Counted from the first letter of the whole stretch, positions 24,213 through 37,846 are shown. The stretch: DNA of 63,936 nt, filler included, from Octopus bimaculoides (GCF_001194135.2; 5 parts of 4 records of this genome joined end to end with filler, not necessarily neighbours in it); one strand, 5' to 3'. Notes: a model not told the origin generated them from the sequence alone. Numbers and translations: made by a program.

Positions 24213-24540
24213 GTGAAGGTACATAGCTAAGTGGTTAGGGTGTTCAACTCAAGATTGTAAGGTCATGAGTTTGATAGCTGGTGAAGTGATGTGTCCTTGA
24301 GCAAGACACTTTATTTCACATTGCTCCAGTCCACTCAGTTGGCAAAAATGGGTTGTGCTTGTAATTCAAATGGACAGCTTTGTCATCTGTGTCATGCTTG
24401 AATCTCCCTGAGAATTATGTTAAGAGTAAACATGTTTGTAGAGTGCTCAGCCATTCGCATGTTCATTTTATGTGTGAGCTGTTCTGTTGTTTGAATCAAC
24501 TGGAACCCTTGTCATCGTAACTGACAGAGTGCCAGTTTTA
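24213..24540 (+). mobile_element. tRNA-headed SINE (same family as 4808-5382), degraded
   Basis: Head tagctaagtggttagggtg, core gtgtccttgagcaagacact, shared tail gagtgctcagcca...ctggaaccct. Confidence 0.7.
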
Positions 24541-25418
24541 TTTTCTGGCTCTGAAGAGGAAGAAAGTGGTTAGTGTTCAGGACATCATTTTTACTATGGT
24601 GACACAAGATAGGGAGGTCATCAGTGATTGTCATATTTAGGTATTAGGGCTACTTATTAGACCCAAAAGGATGAAAGGCAAAATAAACAGCAGTAGGAAC
24701 TGAACTCAGAAAGTAAAGAGATAAAACTAAGCACTGGAAGGTAAAAATTTTATTCATTCTGCCTTCCATCACCCTCTTAATAGCAGAAAATAAGGAAAAT
24801 AAAAGGTTTTATTCATCCTCAGCTTCTTAGAATGAACAGATCTTGTCTGTTCTTTCATAGTTTAACAAATGTGAAATAAACTCGAAAAAGTAGAAAACTA
24901 AGTATTTCCAACAAAAGAAATTTCACATAACACTGTTCTAAACAGCACCATTGTTCATGCATTGCTGCAGCTTCTCTCAAACATTACCTTCATAATAAAC
25001 TGTTATCGTTATCACTAACACCTTACATATTTCTTCACATATTTCTTTTCTTTTCATTTTATTGCCATGTTTTGCCTCTATTTTTATTTAACACCTTGAA
25101 ATTTATACAACAATTTCTCTGACTTCTGTATATAATACACACATGCAAGTATACACATATTAATGCATGCACACATACAAACACATACATATGTGTGCAT
25201 TCACACATATATATCGTCTTGCCTTTTTACTAGTTTCACTCATGATGGTGATATATAATAGAAACACATCACCAGGCACACAACTACTCTTATAGATAGG
25301 AGTAGTGAGTCCTTGATTCTCTGTTTATATTATACAATGTCTATGTAGATTGAGTTACCTTTGGTCTCAGCTTGATGAGATGTGGATGATGTGCACAAAC
25401 ACTACATGCACACACACA

Positions 25419-25457
<39 letters not shown>

Positions 25458-25722
25458 GTTTCTGAGTTCAGTACCACTGCATTGAACCTTGGAAAAATGT
25501 CTTCTATCACTTCAGGCCAAACAGAACCTGGGTAAATTGTAATTGAAACAAACCTGTCATATATATCAGGCTTCTTCCATTTCCATCTACCAAATACACT
25601 CACAAGATTTTGGTTGGCCTGGGCAAGTAGAAGACTCTTGCCCAAGGTGCTACATAGTGAGACTGAATCCAGAACCATGTGGTTGGGAAACAAACGTCTT
25701 ACCATATTGCCATGCTTGTACC

Positions 25723-25765
<43 letters not shown>

Positions 25766-25930
25766 AAGTTAAATGTTATGGCCAGTCATTGGTTTCAAAT
25801 CTGTAAGTGACACGTCAGACTCAAATGGCCATTTGAGTCTCACAAGTTGCTTATAAGTTCAAAACCAATGATCACTCTATGATTGGTCATAACATTTAAC
25901 TTCCTAAAAAATATATGACTGCTCTTAGGG

Positions 25931-26188
25931 CAGTGGTTCCCAGAGTGGGTGGTATTGTCCCCCTGGGGGCAATGGAAAGTTCCAAGAGAGCATTGATGAA
26001 AAGTGAGGTGATAATGGGATAGCGGTTCATGTAAAAACACCAAAATAATGGGTCCATTAGATTAAGTTTTATTTGTGAAATACAGTTGCTTTGAATTTGC
26101 TTCAGAAAGTGGTCTATGTTTGTGATGGTTAGTTGGGGTGGCCTGGGTGTCAAGGGGGCAGCAGCCCGAAAAAGTTCAGGAACCACTG
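25931..26188. mobile_element. hAT/Charlie-like MITE
   Basis: TIRs cagtggttcc...ggaaccactg; the 8-bp flanks are only loosely similar. Confidence 0.65.
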
Positions 26189-26234
26189 CTTTAGAGTGTG
26201 CTTCTTTTTTCAGATATATAAACTACTAATGATA

Positions 26235-26960
26235 TACACAGTCAGGCAGTATTGGCATCGACCACATTTGGATGGTGCTTTTTACGTGCCACAAGCACAG
26301 GAGCCAGTTGGGGTGAGAGGGCTGGCATCGATCACGTTCGGATGGTGCCTTTATGTGCCACCGGCACGGGGAGCCAGTCGGGTGGCACTGGCAACGACCC
26401 ATGCATGAATGGTGCTTATTGCTTGCCACCAGCATGGGAGTCAGTCAGGTGGCACTGGCATTGGCCACAACTACAATTTCTGTTTGATTTTGATTTACTT
26501 GACTCAATAGGTCTCCTCAAGCATAGCATGTTGCCCAACGATCCAAGGTACTTTTCTAAGTGGGCTGGTTATGCGACACTGGTGTAGGCTACAGCTGTGA
26601 TCTCCCTTTACTTTACTTGCCGGGTCTTCTCAATCACAGCATATCTCCAGAGGTCTCAGTCTTTCATCATTGCCTCTGTGAGGCCTAACGTTCAAAGGTC
26701 ATGTTTCACCACCTCATCCCATGTCTTCCTGGGTCTCCTTCTTCCACGAGTTCCTTCCACCACAGCACATAACCATACCAGTGCAGTTGTCTCTCTTGCA
26801 CACCACATCTGATGCTTCTTCTGTCCAACATTTCTCTCAGACCGCTTACACTCTGTCGTGTGTGCACACTGGCATTACACATCCAACGGATCATACTAGC
26901 TTCATTTCTTTTGAGCTTACACATGTCTTCAGCATATTCATGCTGGGATAATACAGTTCT
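26235..26960 (-). mobile_element. RTE LINE fragment
   Basis: EDMCKLKRNEASMIRWMCNASVHTRQSVS..RCGVQERQLHWYG, with an internal deletion. Confidence 0.85.
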
Positions 26961-27754
26961 GTAGCAGTGGGATGCTGATCTGGACATTCAACTGAAAATT
27001 TCTGGTAAAGAGCACTGTATCAAGGCATACTACTGAATAAACACACACACACACACACATACACATACACACATTTGTGTGTGTGTGTAGATAGACATAG
27101 GCATGGCTGTGTGGTTGAGAAGCTTGCTTCCCAACTAGTTGGTTCTGAGTTCAGTACCATTGCATTGAACCTTGGGAAAATGTCTTCTATTACTTCAGGC
27201 CAACTAAAGCCTTGTGAGTGGGTTTGGTAAATCGTAATTGAAACAAACCTGTCATATTGTTTCCACCCAAATCCAAAAATACAGGTATTTGATTAGGCAA
27301 CTGTTTGTTTGCATAATGAAATCCAGTTGCCAGTACCCAGTCATCTTGTCTAACACATGCCAGCATGGAACGTGGATGTTAAACGATGATGATGATATAT
27401 ATAGATATGTGTGTGTGTGTGTATAAATGTTATGTAAAAGCACTCAATTCACTTTGTAAAGTGGTTGATGTTTGGAAGGGTATCCACCTGTAGAAACCAT
27501 GCCAGAACAGATAAAATGGAGCTTGAGCATCTCTCCAGATGGCTGCTCCTGTCAAACCATCCAACTCATGGCAGTGTAGAGGACATACATTAAATGATAA
27601 TGATGATATATTCATATGGCGCAGGCGTGGCTGTGTTGTAAGTAGCTTGCTTCCCAACCACTTAGTTCCACTTACTACATGGAACCTTAGGCAAGTGTCT
27701 TCTATAACCATGGGTCAACCAAAGCTTTGTGAGTGAATTTGGTAGATGGAAACT

Positions 27755-28580
27755 TATTATGTGCCACTAGCACGGGTGCCAGTCAGGCAGCACTAGCATC
27801 AGCCACTGCTACGATTTCCATTTTGATTTCGATTTCACTTGACTCAATAGGTCTTCTCAAGTGCAGCGTATCACCCGACGATTCAAGGGTACTTTCAGAT
27901 GGGCTAGTTATGACACTAGTGTCGGCCACAGCTGTGATCTCACTTTACTTACCGGGTCTTCTCAAGCACAGCATATCTCCAAAGGTCTCGGTCTCTTGTC
28001 ATTGTCTCTGTGAGGCCCAACATTCGAAGGTCATGCTTCACCACCTCATCCCATGTCTTCCTGGGTCTCCCTCTTCCACGGGTTCCTTCCACTGTTAGGG
28101 TGTGACACTTCTTCACACAGCTCTCCTCACCCATACACAGCACATGACCATAACAACGCAGTCATCTGACTTGTACACCACATCTGTTACTTCTTATGTC
28201 TAACCTTTCTCTCAGGGTGCTTACACTCTGTTGTGTATGCACACTGACATTACACATCCAGTGGATCATACTAGCTTCATTTCTTTCAAGCCTATGTGTG
28301 TCCTCAACAGTCACAGTCTATGTTTCACTGCTGTGTAGCATGGCTGTTTGCACACATACATCATACACTCTGCCTTTCACTCTGAGTGAGAGGCCCTTTG
28401 CTACCAACAGAGATAGGAGCTTTCTGAACTTTGCCCAAGCTATTCTTATTCTAGTGGCAATGCTCTCAGAGCATCCACCCTCACTACAGACTTGGTTACC
28501 CAGGTAGCAGAAACTATCAACTACTTCTAGTTTTTTCCCCCTAGCATGTGATGGAATCTGTTTTCTCTACGTCTTTGGTG
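27755..28580 (-). mobile_element. RTE LINE fragment
   Basis: EESCVKKCHTLTVEGTRGRGRPRKTWDEVVKHDLRMLGL..LWRYAVLEK plus upstream RT sequence. Confidence 0.88.
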
Positions 28581-29199
28581 TTTATTGCCCCTGTGCATCT
28601 GCCACACAGAAAAACTATCTTCTCGGGTAACCTTCCTTTGGTATTGTTGCACCTCTTATGTGTCCATATATAGTGTGTGTATGTGTCGGTTTGTGTGTAT
28701 TACTGTCTGTATTCATCCTATCCTCCCCATGCCTACCACCACTTGACAACCAATATCAGTGTGTTTATGTCCCTGTAACTGAGTAGTTTGACAGAAAGAG
28801 ACTGATAGAATAAACATTAGGCTTAAAAAAATAAGACTTGGGGTCAATTTGTTCAGCTATGACCACAGTCAAGTAAATAAAAGATAAAAAAGTGTGTCAG
28901 TGGCTTGTTTATAACCTGTGGTATTCATCACAATTATACAATGTAGGAATATCAGTCCAAACAGGATATGAAATCAAGTCACTTGCCAAACAAATATGCA
29001 TTCACACATACACACAAATCCACACAGACATAAACTCACAAATATGCATACACACATTTCTTTCTTCCTTCCTTCCTTTGTTGTATATATGTGGAAAGTG
29101 ACTTCATTCGACATACTATATTGAAACTGAAACTGTTATATCTAGGAAGTAGAATGATTACTATTTCAAGCAGGCACATGGCTATTAATTTCATTTTCT

Positions 29200-29430
29200 T
29201 CTGGAATGGGATAGTGTACCGCCCCGTTCCGCTGCTTGTGCAACTTTCAGTGCCAAGGTTTTTTACAAGGCCTTCCAGAATTTTCCAGATGTGTATCACT
29301 GCATATCTTTCCCGCCTTTGTTCTAGGGAGAAGAGTTTTAATTTTTTCAGTCTTTCCCGGGAGGTGATATGCATTGAGACGATTTTCTTCATGTAGCTTC
29401 ATTAGATTGCTTCAAGTTATGCCATTCATT
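29200..29430 (-). mobile_element. CR1/L2-group LINE RT C-terminal fragment
   Basis: RERLKKLKLFSLEQRRERYAVIHIWKILEGLVKNLG, the typical Y.ERL..L.L.SLERRRER motif. Confidence 0.8.
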
Positions 29431-29496
29431 TTATATTGTATAGTGACCATAGTTGGGAGCAGTAGTCTAAGCGGCTATATATGTATATATATATAC

Positions 29497-29960
29497 ATCA
29501 TCATCATCATCATCGTTTAACGTCCGCTTTCCATGCTAGCATGGGTTGGACGATTTGACTGAGGACTGATGAAACCGGATGGCAACACCAGGCTCCAATC
29601 TAATTTGGCAGTGTTTCTACAGCTGGATGCCCTTCCTAACGCCAACCACTCAGAAGGTGTAGTGGGTGCTTTTACGTGTCACCCACACGAAGGCCAGTCA
29701 GGCGGTACTGACAACGGCCACGCTCGAAATGGTGTCTTTTATGTGCCACCCGCACAAGAGACAGTCCAGGGCACTGGCAACGATCTCGCTCGAAAATCCT
29801 ACGAAGGCCAGTCAGGCGGTACTGGCAACGGCCACGCTCAAAATGGTGCATCTTATGTGCCACCCGCACAAGAACCAGTCCAGGGGCACTGGCAACGATC
29901 TCACTTGGCTTGCCGGGTCTTCTCATGCACAGCACATTTCCAAAGGTCTCGGTCAGTAGT
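29497..29960 (-). mobile_element. Young RTE-tail element with internal tandem units
   Basis: Same structure as 11020-11505 but with fewer units. Confidence 0.88.
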
Positions 29961-30456
29961 CATCCAAAGGTCTCGAGAAAACAGAAAATGGAGATGTATT
30001 GATGCACAACAATTGACTTTATTTATTAATTCAATGTAAATGGACTGCATCCCATCTTACAACTGTTTCTGCTTCCAATGTTGTATGGTATTGCCATTGA
30101 TATGCAAAAATATTTATCATATTTGGTAATAAAACCGATCTGTAACAAGGAGTTTCATCAGAGTGAAGAATAAATAAAGAAGGACATAGGGAAGAAAAAG
30201 GGAGAAGTTGAATATGGTTGTAATCATACCATTTTGTTTGTGTGCCTCTTTGGGATGTTAAGTAAAAGACTAAACCAAGATAGCAATTGGTGGGTTAATC
30301 CTTTGTACAAGGGGGGATAGAATGGATAAATAATAAAAAATAAAAAAACAAAAAATAATAGTGGGATATGCCAATAAGTTTTAGTTGGAGAAGGGCTGAA
30401 GATACAGTTAGGATTTAGATTAATCATAATAATTTATAATTATGTTTGTAGTAATA

Positions 30457-30545
30457 ACTAGCAGAAATACCCGGCGTTGCCCGGGTTAAAGAGAATAATG
30501 AAATCTAAAAACGCCGTCTAGACTACGCAACCCTCAACTGTTAGT
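30457..30545 (-). mobile_element. Helitron 3' end
   Basis: Minus strand CCCGGGCAACGCCGGG hairpin followed by ...CTAG|T. Confidence 0.7.
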
Positions 30546-30852
30546 AGCTACGATACCATATTTCTACATTAATAACTCTCCAATCCATGCCAGCATGGAA
30601 CATAGATATTAAGTGGAATGCTAGAAGAAAGTTTTCAACTCCTATGTATATAAAGTAAATACACGTAATTTCAGAAACACGTTTTGTGAATTTTATTTCG
30701 TAACCAAACAAACAGGTACAGATTATAAATAATGAAAGGCCAATTTTGGTGATTCATTTGACAGAGGTAGTAGAGAGACAATGCGATGATAAATCTGAGG
30801 TTGGATTTTGAAAGTTTGGATGAATGCTGCCTCAGTTAAATCTCTTGTGGTT

Positions 30853-30952
30853 NNNNNNNNNNNNNNNNNNNNNNNNNNNNNNNNNNNNNNNNNNNNTTAA
30901 TTAATTAANNNNNNNNNNNNNNNNNNNNNNNNNNNNNNNNNNNNNNNNNNNN
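30853..30952. other. Artificial scaffold-join spacer N44-TTAATTAATTAA-N44
   Basis: Identical 100-bp construct four times in the window; TTAATTAATTAA gives stops in all six frames. Confidence 0.95.
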
Positions 30953-30984
<32 letters not shown>

Positions 30985-31021
30985 CATATATATACATATA
31001 TGTATATACATAATATCTATC

Positions 31022-31052
<31 letters not shown>

Positions 31053-31110
31053 GCATATATATATATATATATACACACACACTCACTCACACACATGTGT
31101 GTATACATAT

Positions 31111-31153
<43 letters not shown>

Positions 31154-33579
31154 CATACATACATACATACATACATACATACATACATACATACGTATAT
31201 ATTTGTGTATGCTGTGTGTGTTTTTAAATTTAGTTATTTTAAGGGGGGAAAATACTTGTGAATGAGAGGCGGAGTTATCTTTTCTAGAGTTATTATGGAA
31301 AAAAATAACTACTTTGCTTTAGACTAATTCGAAATATTAGGAGCTTTTTTCGTTTGTTTTTTTTTTAATAAAATATTAAATGTATCTAAAGAATTTAAAT
31401 TTGAATGTCTCTATAGTGTTGCGTTGAAAGAGGAGTAATTACAGATAATGTCAAGCTTTAGGGATAGAAATGTGTATGAACGGCAACTGGTGAGGTCAGA
31501 ATATAATTAGAATGCTGTTATAAATGAAAGGCTGGATAAAGCTTAAGAAATATATAAGTTAATTTACAACTCTTAAATGAGGAAATTCAGTATTGTTTAT
31601 AGAAACAAAATAGAGACGTTAAAGTAAAATATTGTATTTTGGGAGGGTCGTGCAGCCAGTAAAAGTACACGCACTGATTATGTTTCATTTCTGTTTTATC
31701 ATCAATCAATTAGATAATTAATCCATTGACCAATTGGGTAATAAGTACTGACGAGAAAGAGGTGCTCGGGGAGCACATAGTCATTGATAAAGTCATAAAT
31801 TGTGACGAAAGGACTTTGACAGCCTAATCGATTAACTAATTGATAAATTAGTAGTAAATCCTGGTATGCACCCGGTAGCAGGGCCCTAAAATGGGTGTTG
31901 TAGGGTTTCGAGTAGTGTGGAACCACCTCTAAGTCATTATTGTCCCCAGATCTACTCTGAACCGGAATAGTAGCACCTGTCAGCGTACCAGCCACGGGTT
32001 AATTAGTTTGGCATGGAATTGGTTCCGGAAGATGGTCACTCACAGTCATCCCGGACAGAAGATGAGGCCCTTCAAGTCTTTAGCTGCTCATTTTGGAGAA
32101 AGCAACACCAAAGGAATCCTGCATCCTTATAACTACTGACCTTGTGGTACTTGTTGCAGTGAACCAGTACAAGGTTGAAGAAGGAGAAAGTAGGACTGGC
32201 TCTGCACAAGTAATGCCTGCTATAACAATAAAATCCTGCTGCTTTGTGAGCTAATTTATTAAACGTTTAAAGAATTGGCTGAGGGAATAAATCTCTACAG
32301 AAAATCTAGAGAAAGGAATTCGAAGGCAGATATGGACGGTTATACTTAACTAGTACCTGGCATACGCTGCGGTTCCATAGATGCTGTTCTTCTTCGTCCT
32401 TCGTGATGTATCTGTATGTAGAAAAGTGGTTTTTGAGACTGGCACTAGCTCCTGGAAACAACCCAGGCACAGCAGAGGTGGTTACTGTCTCAATGTCTCT
32501 GCAATGCCATCGATCACAACGAAAAGACCAACCAAAGTGGTAATAAAACTGAAATGAAACATAACGAATTTGTGTACTTTTATTGGCAGTATGATCTTCC
32601 CAAAATACAGCAATATCAGTTTCAACAGAACATTTCAGATCAAGAATCTTGCAAAACAACTGATATAATAAATAAAAGTTGTGCAACAAATATATCTATA
32701 ATTAAATAACGATGTTAACCATGAACTTCTGGAAGAACTGATACAGAAGTGCTAAAGTCTGAAATATGTATTGGTAATCTAATGTGGTTTGTTGAGGTAT
32801 CATGTAGAAGGTATTTCGACGAGGTGATAGTATAAATATCACGTTAAATGTTGAACATTAGTTATCTAAGCGCGGCGTCGAATGAGGGAAGAAAACAATG
32901 TTAAGATGGTATCTGTTTAGTTCTATTAAGTTTATATTAAGTTTATATTGTCATTAGGTTACAGTCTAGTTCTTCGACAGTGTTCTCAAGTCACATGTAC
33001 GCATGGTAAGTAGATAGATTGTGGTAGATCCAGGTGGGTATTTAATTCAGAAGTACTAAGAGTTGGACTTAGAAATAAGTGAGTGGTTGAGATGTAGCAG
33101 TAATTTGAGGTGAACGTTGGTATGACGGAGGAATTGAGAAGTTCAACTCGCAATAAGGAGGTTCTGGTTTCGATTTTACTACTTGTCTCTTATTTTATCA
33201 TTGTTTCGATTTCAACCAAAGCCTTGTGAATGAAACTGGGTAGACAGAAACTGTGTGGAAGCCCGTCAGATGGAACCCTGTACATTCAGTTCAGAGAACC
33301 ATTCTTGGTACTTACTGTATCACACTTAATCGGCTTACAAATTTCTGAGGAATACTCAACCACGTATGCATTAATTTAAGGAATAGGTTGTTCACTTGAT
33401 CAACCAATTAAATGGTTATCGTCAAAATCAATGGAGGATCTATCAGCCAGAGGTGGGTTCAGGGATGGTCTGAATATAGGAAAGTTAAAACTAAAGTAAG
33501 ACACACATTTGTTAGCGACAGAAGCAGCAAAGATAGCGATTGTATTACTGTGGATACCGTCAAATACTACTTTTACTAG

Positions 33580-33587
33580 TGCTGCTG

Positions 33588-33639
<52 letters not shown>

Positions 33640-33667
33640 GAATAATAATTATAATAATAATAATAAT
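33580..33667. repeat. Compound (ACT)n/(AAT)n microsatellite
   Basis: Read directly. Confidence 0.95.
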
Positions 33668-35248
33668 GACATAGAGTGTTTTAAAAACCTTAAGTTTGAC
33701 CAGACTATCAAACCTACAAAAACCCGAAAATTAAAAAGAATATATAATATGAAAACTATATTTGACATTGGTGCCACCATAGAAACCATCATTCAAAGGG
33801 CATGTGCTAAAGCTGCCCGCATAGGAAGGTATGAAAAGCGCGTTCGATTCTTCGAGGACAACATCGATTCTTCGGGGTCAAACGTTTTACAGGAAGATAC
33901 GGAAAATATCAGTTCAGTAAAGTCAATCACATCAAAAGAAGAAGTGCAGGAATTTTGGAATAAAATTTGGGTAGAAGAAAAACACACAATGAAAAGGCCT
34001 CTTGGATTGATAGAATATCCCCAGACTTAGACTCCTTAGAAGAGCAAAAGTGGGAAGTCTCCAGGAAAGGATAAAATTCCTAACTTCTAGCGGAATGCCA
34101 TCCCAGAGAGCCTTGAACTGCTAAGAGAAATTTAGAACTATGTTTTGCAACAATCTAGTATGATTCCCACTTGGCTAATTAATGGGGTAACATTCCTACT
34201 TCCAAAAAATGAAGAGACAAATGAACCAAAAATGAACTTGCTTAATAACAATGTATAAAATGCTAACATCTGTCTTGACTGAATATACCTATAGTTTTTT
34301 AATAGAAAGTGGCATATTCCCTAATGACGAAAAAGGATGTAAATGTGGGTCCTATGGTTGTAAAGATCAGTTACTCATCAATAAGATGATCTTGGAAGAT
34401 TGTCACAAACGACACAAAAACCATAGCGTGGATAAACTATAAAAAAGCTTTTGGTAGACTACCACATAGCTGGATTAAGAAATGTCTGGAAATGTATAAA
34501 ATAGCACCTACTCTGCGAAACTTCTTGTCCGTATGTATGAGATCATACAGAACCACATTGACTATGAACAGTGTCAATGAATCTCTCAACGCTGGAGATG
34601 TAAGAATTTCATGTAGCATTCTCTCCAGGGTGACACTCTATCACCACTCCTCTTTTGTCGTGTATGTCAACAACAAAATGAAACCATTAATCATGTTGTC
34701 TCCATGTGCAGTCCTCTTGCGCCTACAGCGTATCTCAACAGCACAATACATTCACTGGCTAATTTGCGAAAACCTGGACCTGCCCCGAACTGACAGAAAG
34801 ATAGATGCGAACCGGCCAGACATTATATTGAAAGACTTCAGACAAAAATCATGCCTACTTATTGATATGGACATAAATGTATTTGTGAAGACCTACCAAA
34901 CACTGAGCAACTATAAAGATCTTGGAATCGAAATTAGCAAAATGTGGAACCTCTAGACTAAAACAATACTTGTTGCCATAGGTGCCCTAGAAATCATAGT
35001 AAACGGAGCTGATTGCTAACTAGCTCAGATACCAGGAAACACCAAATTGGCAGAAAGTCAAAAGATAGTGCTCATGGGAACTGCCCATATCCTACGCAAA
35101 ATACTTTCTATGTAATCTCAAATTTTAAAACAAACTCATAATTTTCTTGTTTGCTTAAACATTCTCTAGAACAATACTGTGTGCAAAACCAAATATATGA
35201 CACCGTAGGCAAAACACTAACATGAACTTCTAACTTGTTGCCTGAGGT
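33668..35248 (+). mobile_element. Decayed R4/Dong-like RLE non-LTR retrotransposon, 5'-truncated and internally deleted
   Basis: KSPGKDKIPNF, GCKCGSYGCKDQLLINKMI, YKKAF..PHSWI, QGDTLSPLLF, C-x2-C-x7-H-x4-C knuckle, ANRPDII, YKDLGIEISKMWN, VLMGTAHILRKILSM*. Confidence 0.92.
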
Positions 35249-35628
35249 NNNNNNNNNNNNNNNNNNNNNNNNNNNNNNNNNNNNNNNNNNNNNNNNNNNN
35301 NNNNNNNNNNNNNNNNNNNNNNNNNNNNNNNNNNNNNNNNNNNNNNNNNNNNNNNNNNNNNNNNNNNNNNNNNNNNNNNNNNNNNNNNNNNNNNNNNNNN
35401 NNNNNNNNNNNNNNNNNNNNNNNNNNNNNNNNNNNNNNNNNNNNNNNNNNNNNNNNNNNNNNNNNNNNNNNNNNNNNNNNNNNNNNNNNNNNNNNNNNNN
35501 NNNNNNNNNNNNNNNNNNNNNNNNNNNNNNNNNNNNNNNNNNNNNNNNNNNNNNNNNNNNNNNNNNNNNNNNNNNNNNNNNNNNNNNNNNNNNNNNNNNN
35601 NNNNNNNNNNNNNNNNNNNNNNNNNNNN

Positions 35629-35760
<132 letters not shown>

Positions 35761-35945
35761 AAAACCTTGAAGTTGAAGTATTCAAGTGGGGTATGAAGGT
35801 TAAAATAATGCCGATGTTAATTGGAGCATTGGGCATGATAAAAAAAAACATGAAGCTATTCCTGAACCCTCAGCATTACGCAACCAGAAATAGCCCTGCT
35901 AGGAACAGCCCACATCCTACGCAAGACACTATCAATCCAATAATA
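35761..35945 (+). mobile_element. RLE retrotransposon 3' fragment (different subfamily)
   Basis: KNLEVEVFKWGMKVKIMPMLIGALGMIKK, then a frameshift, then EIALLGTAHILRKTLSIQ*. Confidence 0.85.
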
Positions 35946-37815
35946 CAACTTAAACAAAATAACCCACAAGTTCAAGACACTCCATACAGCAATTATTCAG
36001 TGAAATAAACTTCCGCCAGCAAGTTAGATAACCAATGCATTACGCACTCAGCACACAATACATGCAGTAGCATGTTCTCTATGATGGTGTGCGTTCGGAG
36101 GATTAAATTCATTCTGTGGTCACGTATATATATATATATATNNNNNNNNNNNNNNNNNNNNNNNNNNNNNNNNNNNNNNNNNNNNNNNNNNNNNNNNNNN
36201 NNNNNNNNNNNNNNNNNNNNNNNNNNNNNNNNNNNNNNNNNCTCACATATACTCACACACACATACATACGCGCATATCTATACACGCACTCGTACATAC
36301 ATAAATACGTATACTTAGCATTTTTAAAAAATGTTCCATCATTTTTCTTTCTTACTTCAAATGATAAGAAACGGCCATTTTTAACTTGGTGTTTGACGGG
36401 AATTTGAATGCAATTTTGAGTGAAGAGCCGTCAAGAATTTGAAAAAATATATATTAACCTTAACCCTTACTTATGAAAATACCTTCTGTTATACTACGAT
36501 TGGACACAATATATTAGAACTTATATACATTTATACGTTACGATTCGTTCTTTCGTCACTTACTTCCTTTGCTGGTTTCAGTTATTTTTTGTGAGTGTGT
36601 GTGTTTTGTTTTTCTCTAACTGTGAGATTTTATGCAAATTATAAAACCCTCTTTAAAAAGAATCTTTCTGCATTTATTGATCTTCGACATGTCTTGCTTA
36701 AATGAACGAAAAAAAAATTTATAAAACTATTGTAGATAAATGCAAAATACTCACTCGACAAACTTCCTCTTCTTAGTAAGTTACTTATTCAATCACACAG
36801 CTAAAACTTGCCGTTAGAATATATGTATGTACACGTGTGAGTGTGTGTGTGCATATATATATATATATATATATNNNNNNNNNNNNNNNNNNNNNNNNNN
36901 NNNNNNNNNNNNNNNNNNNNNNNNNNNNNNNNNNNNNNNNNNNNNNNNNNNNNNNNNNNNNNNNNNNNNNNNNNNNNNNNNNNNNNNNNNNNNNNNNNNN
37001 NNNNNNNNNNNNNNNNNNNNNNNNNNNNNNNNNNNNNNNNNNNNNNNNNNNNNNNNNNNNNNNNNNNNNNNNNNNNNNNNNNNNNNNNNNNNNNNNNNNN
37101 NNNNNNNNNNNNNNNNNNNNNNNNNNNNNNNNNNNNNNNNNNNNNNNNNNNNNNNNNNNNNNNNNNNNNNNNNNNNNNNNNNNNNNNNNNNNNNNNNNNN
37201 NNNNNNNNNNNNNNNNNNNNNNNNNNNNNNNNNNNNNNNNNNNNNNNNNNNNNNNNNNNNNNNNNNNNNNNNNNNNNNNNNNNNNNNNNNNNNNNNNNNN
37301 NNNNNNNNNNNNNNNNNNNNNNNNNNNNNNNNNNNNNNNNNNCTGTTTCTTGAGTAAAGCTGCGATGAAATGCCTGATGTCTTGTGGCTACTTCCACCTG
37401 GATATATATATGTATATATATTATATGTGTATATATATACACATGTATGTATGTATGTATGTATGTATGTATGTGTGTATGTGTGTGGGTGTGTGTATCC
37501 ATGTATGTATATGTCCTTTTGTGTGTATCTTATATAAAATTATTGTTAATGATGATGATTAAAACGAAAAAAGCACAACTAAAAGTATAGTACGCAATAC
37601 ATGTGATGGAGAAGGTAGTTATATTATCCCATGCATGAGATTCACCGGACTAACTCTATCGCTCAGTAAAAGAATTCTTCCGAGAGTCACAAGTGAATTC
37701 TTCTCGAAGAAAGCAATACTAATCGTGTAAGAGCAAATATGTGCTTGTGCATATTTGTATATCTATCTATCTATCCATTTATCTATCTATTTATGTTTAG
37801 CTAAATATCCAATTG

Positions 37816-37846
<31 letters not shown>

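Noticed and set aside
30180-30430. Strand-skewed stretch as a mitochondrial insertion (NUMT)
   Set aside because: No frame resembled a mitochondrial protein or RNA that I recognise.
30897-30908. TTAATTAATTAA as a homeodomain or PacI-type biological site
   Set aside because: Centred in identical N44 flanks four times, so it is an assembly linker.
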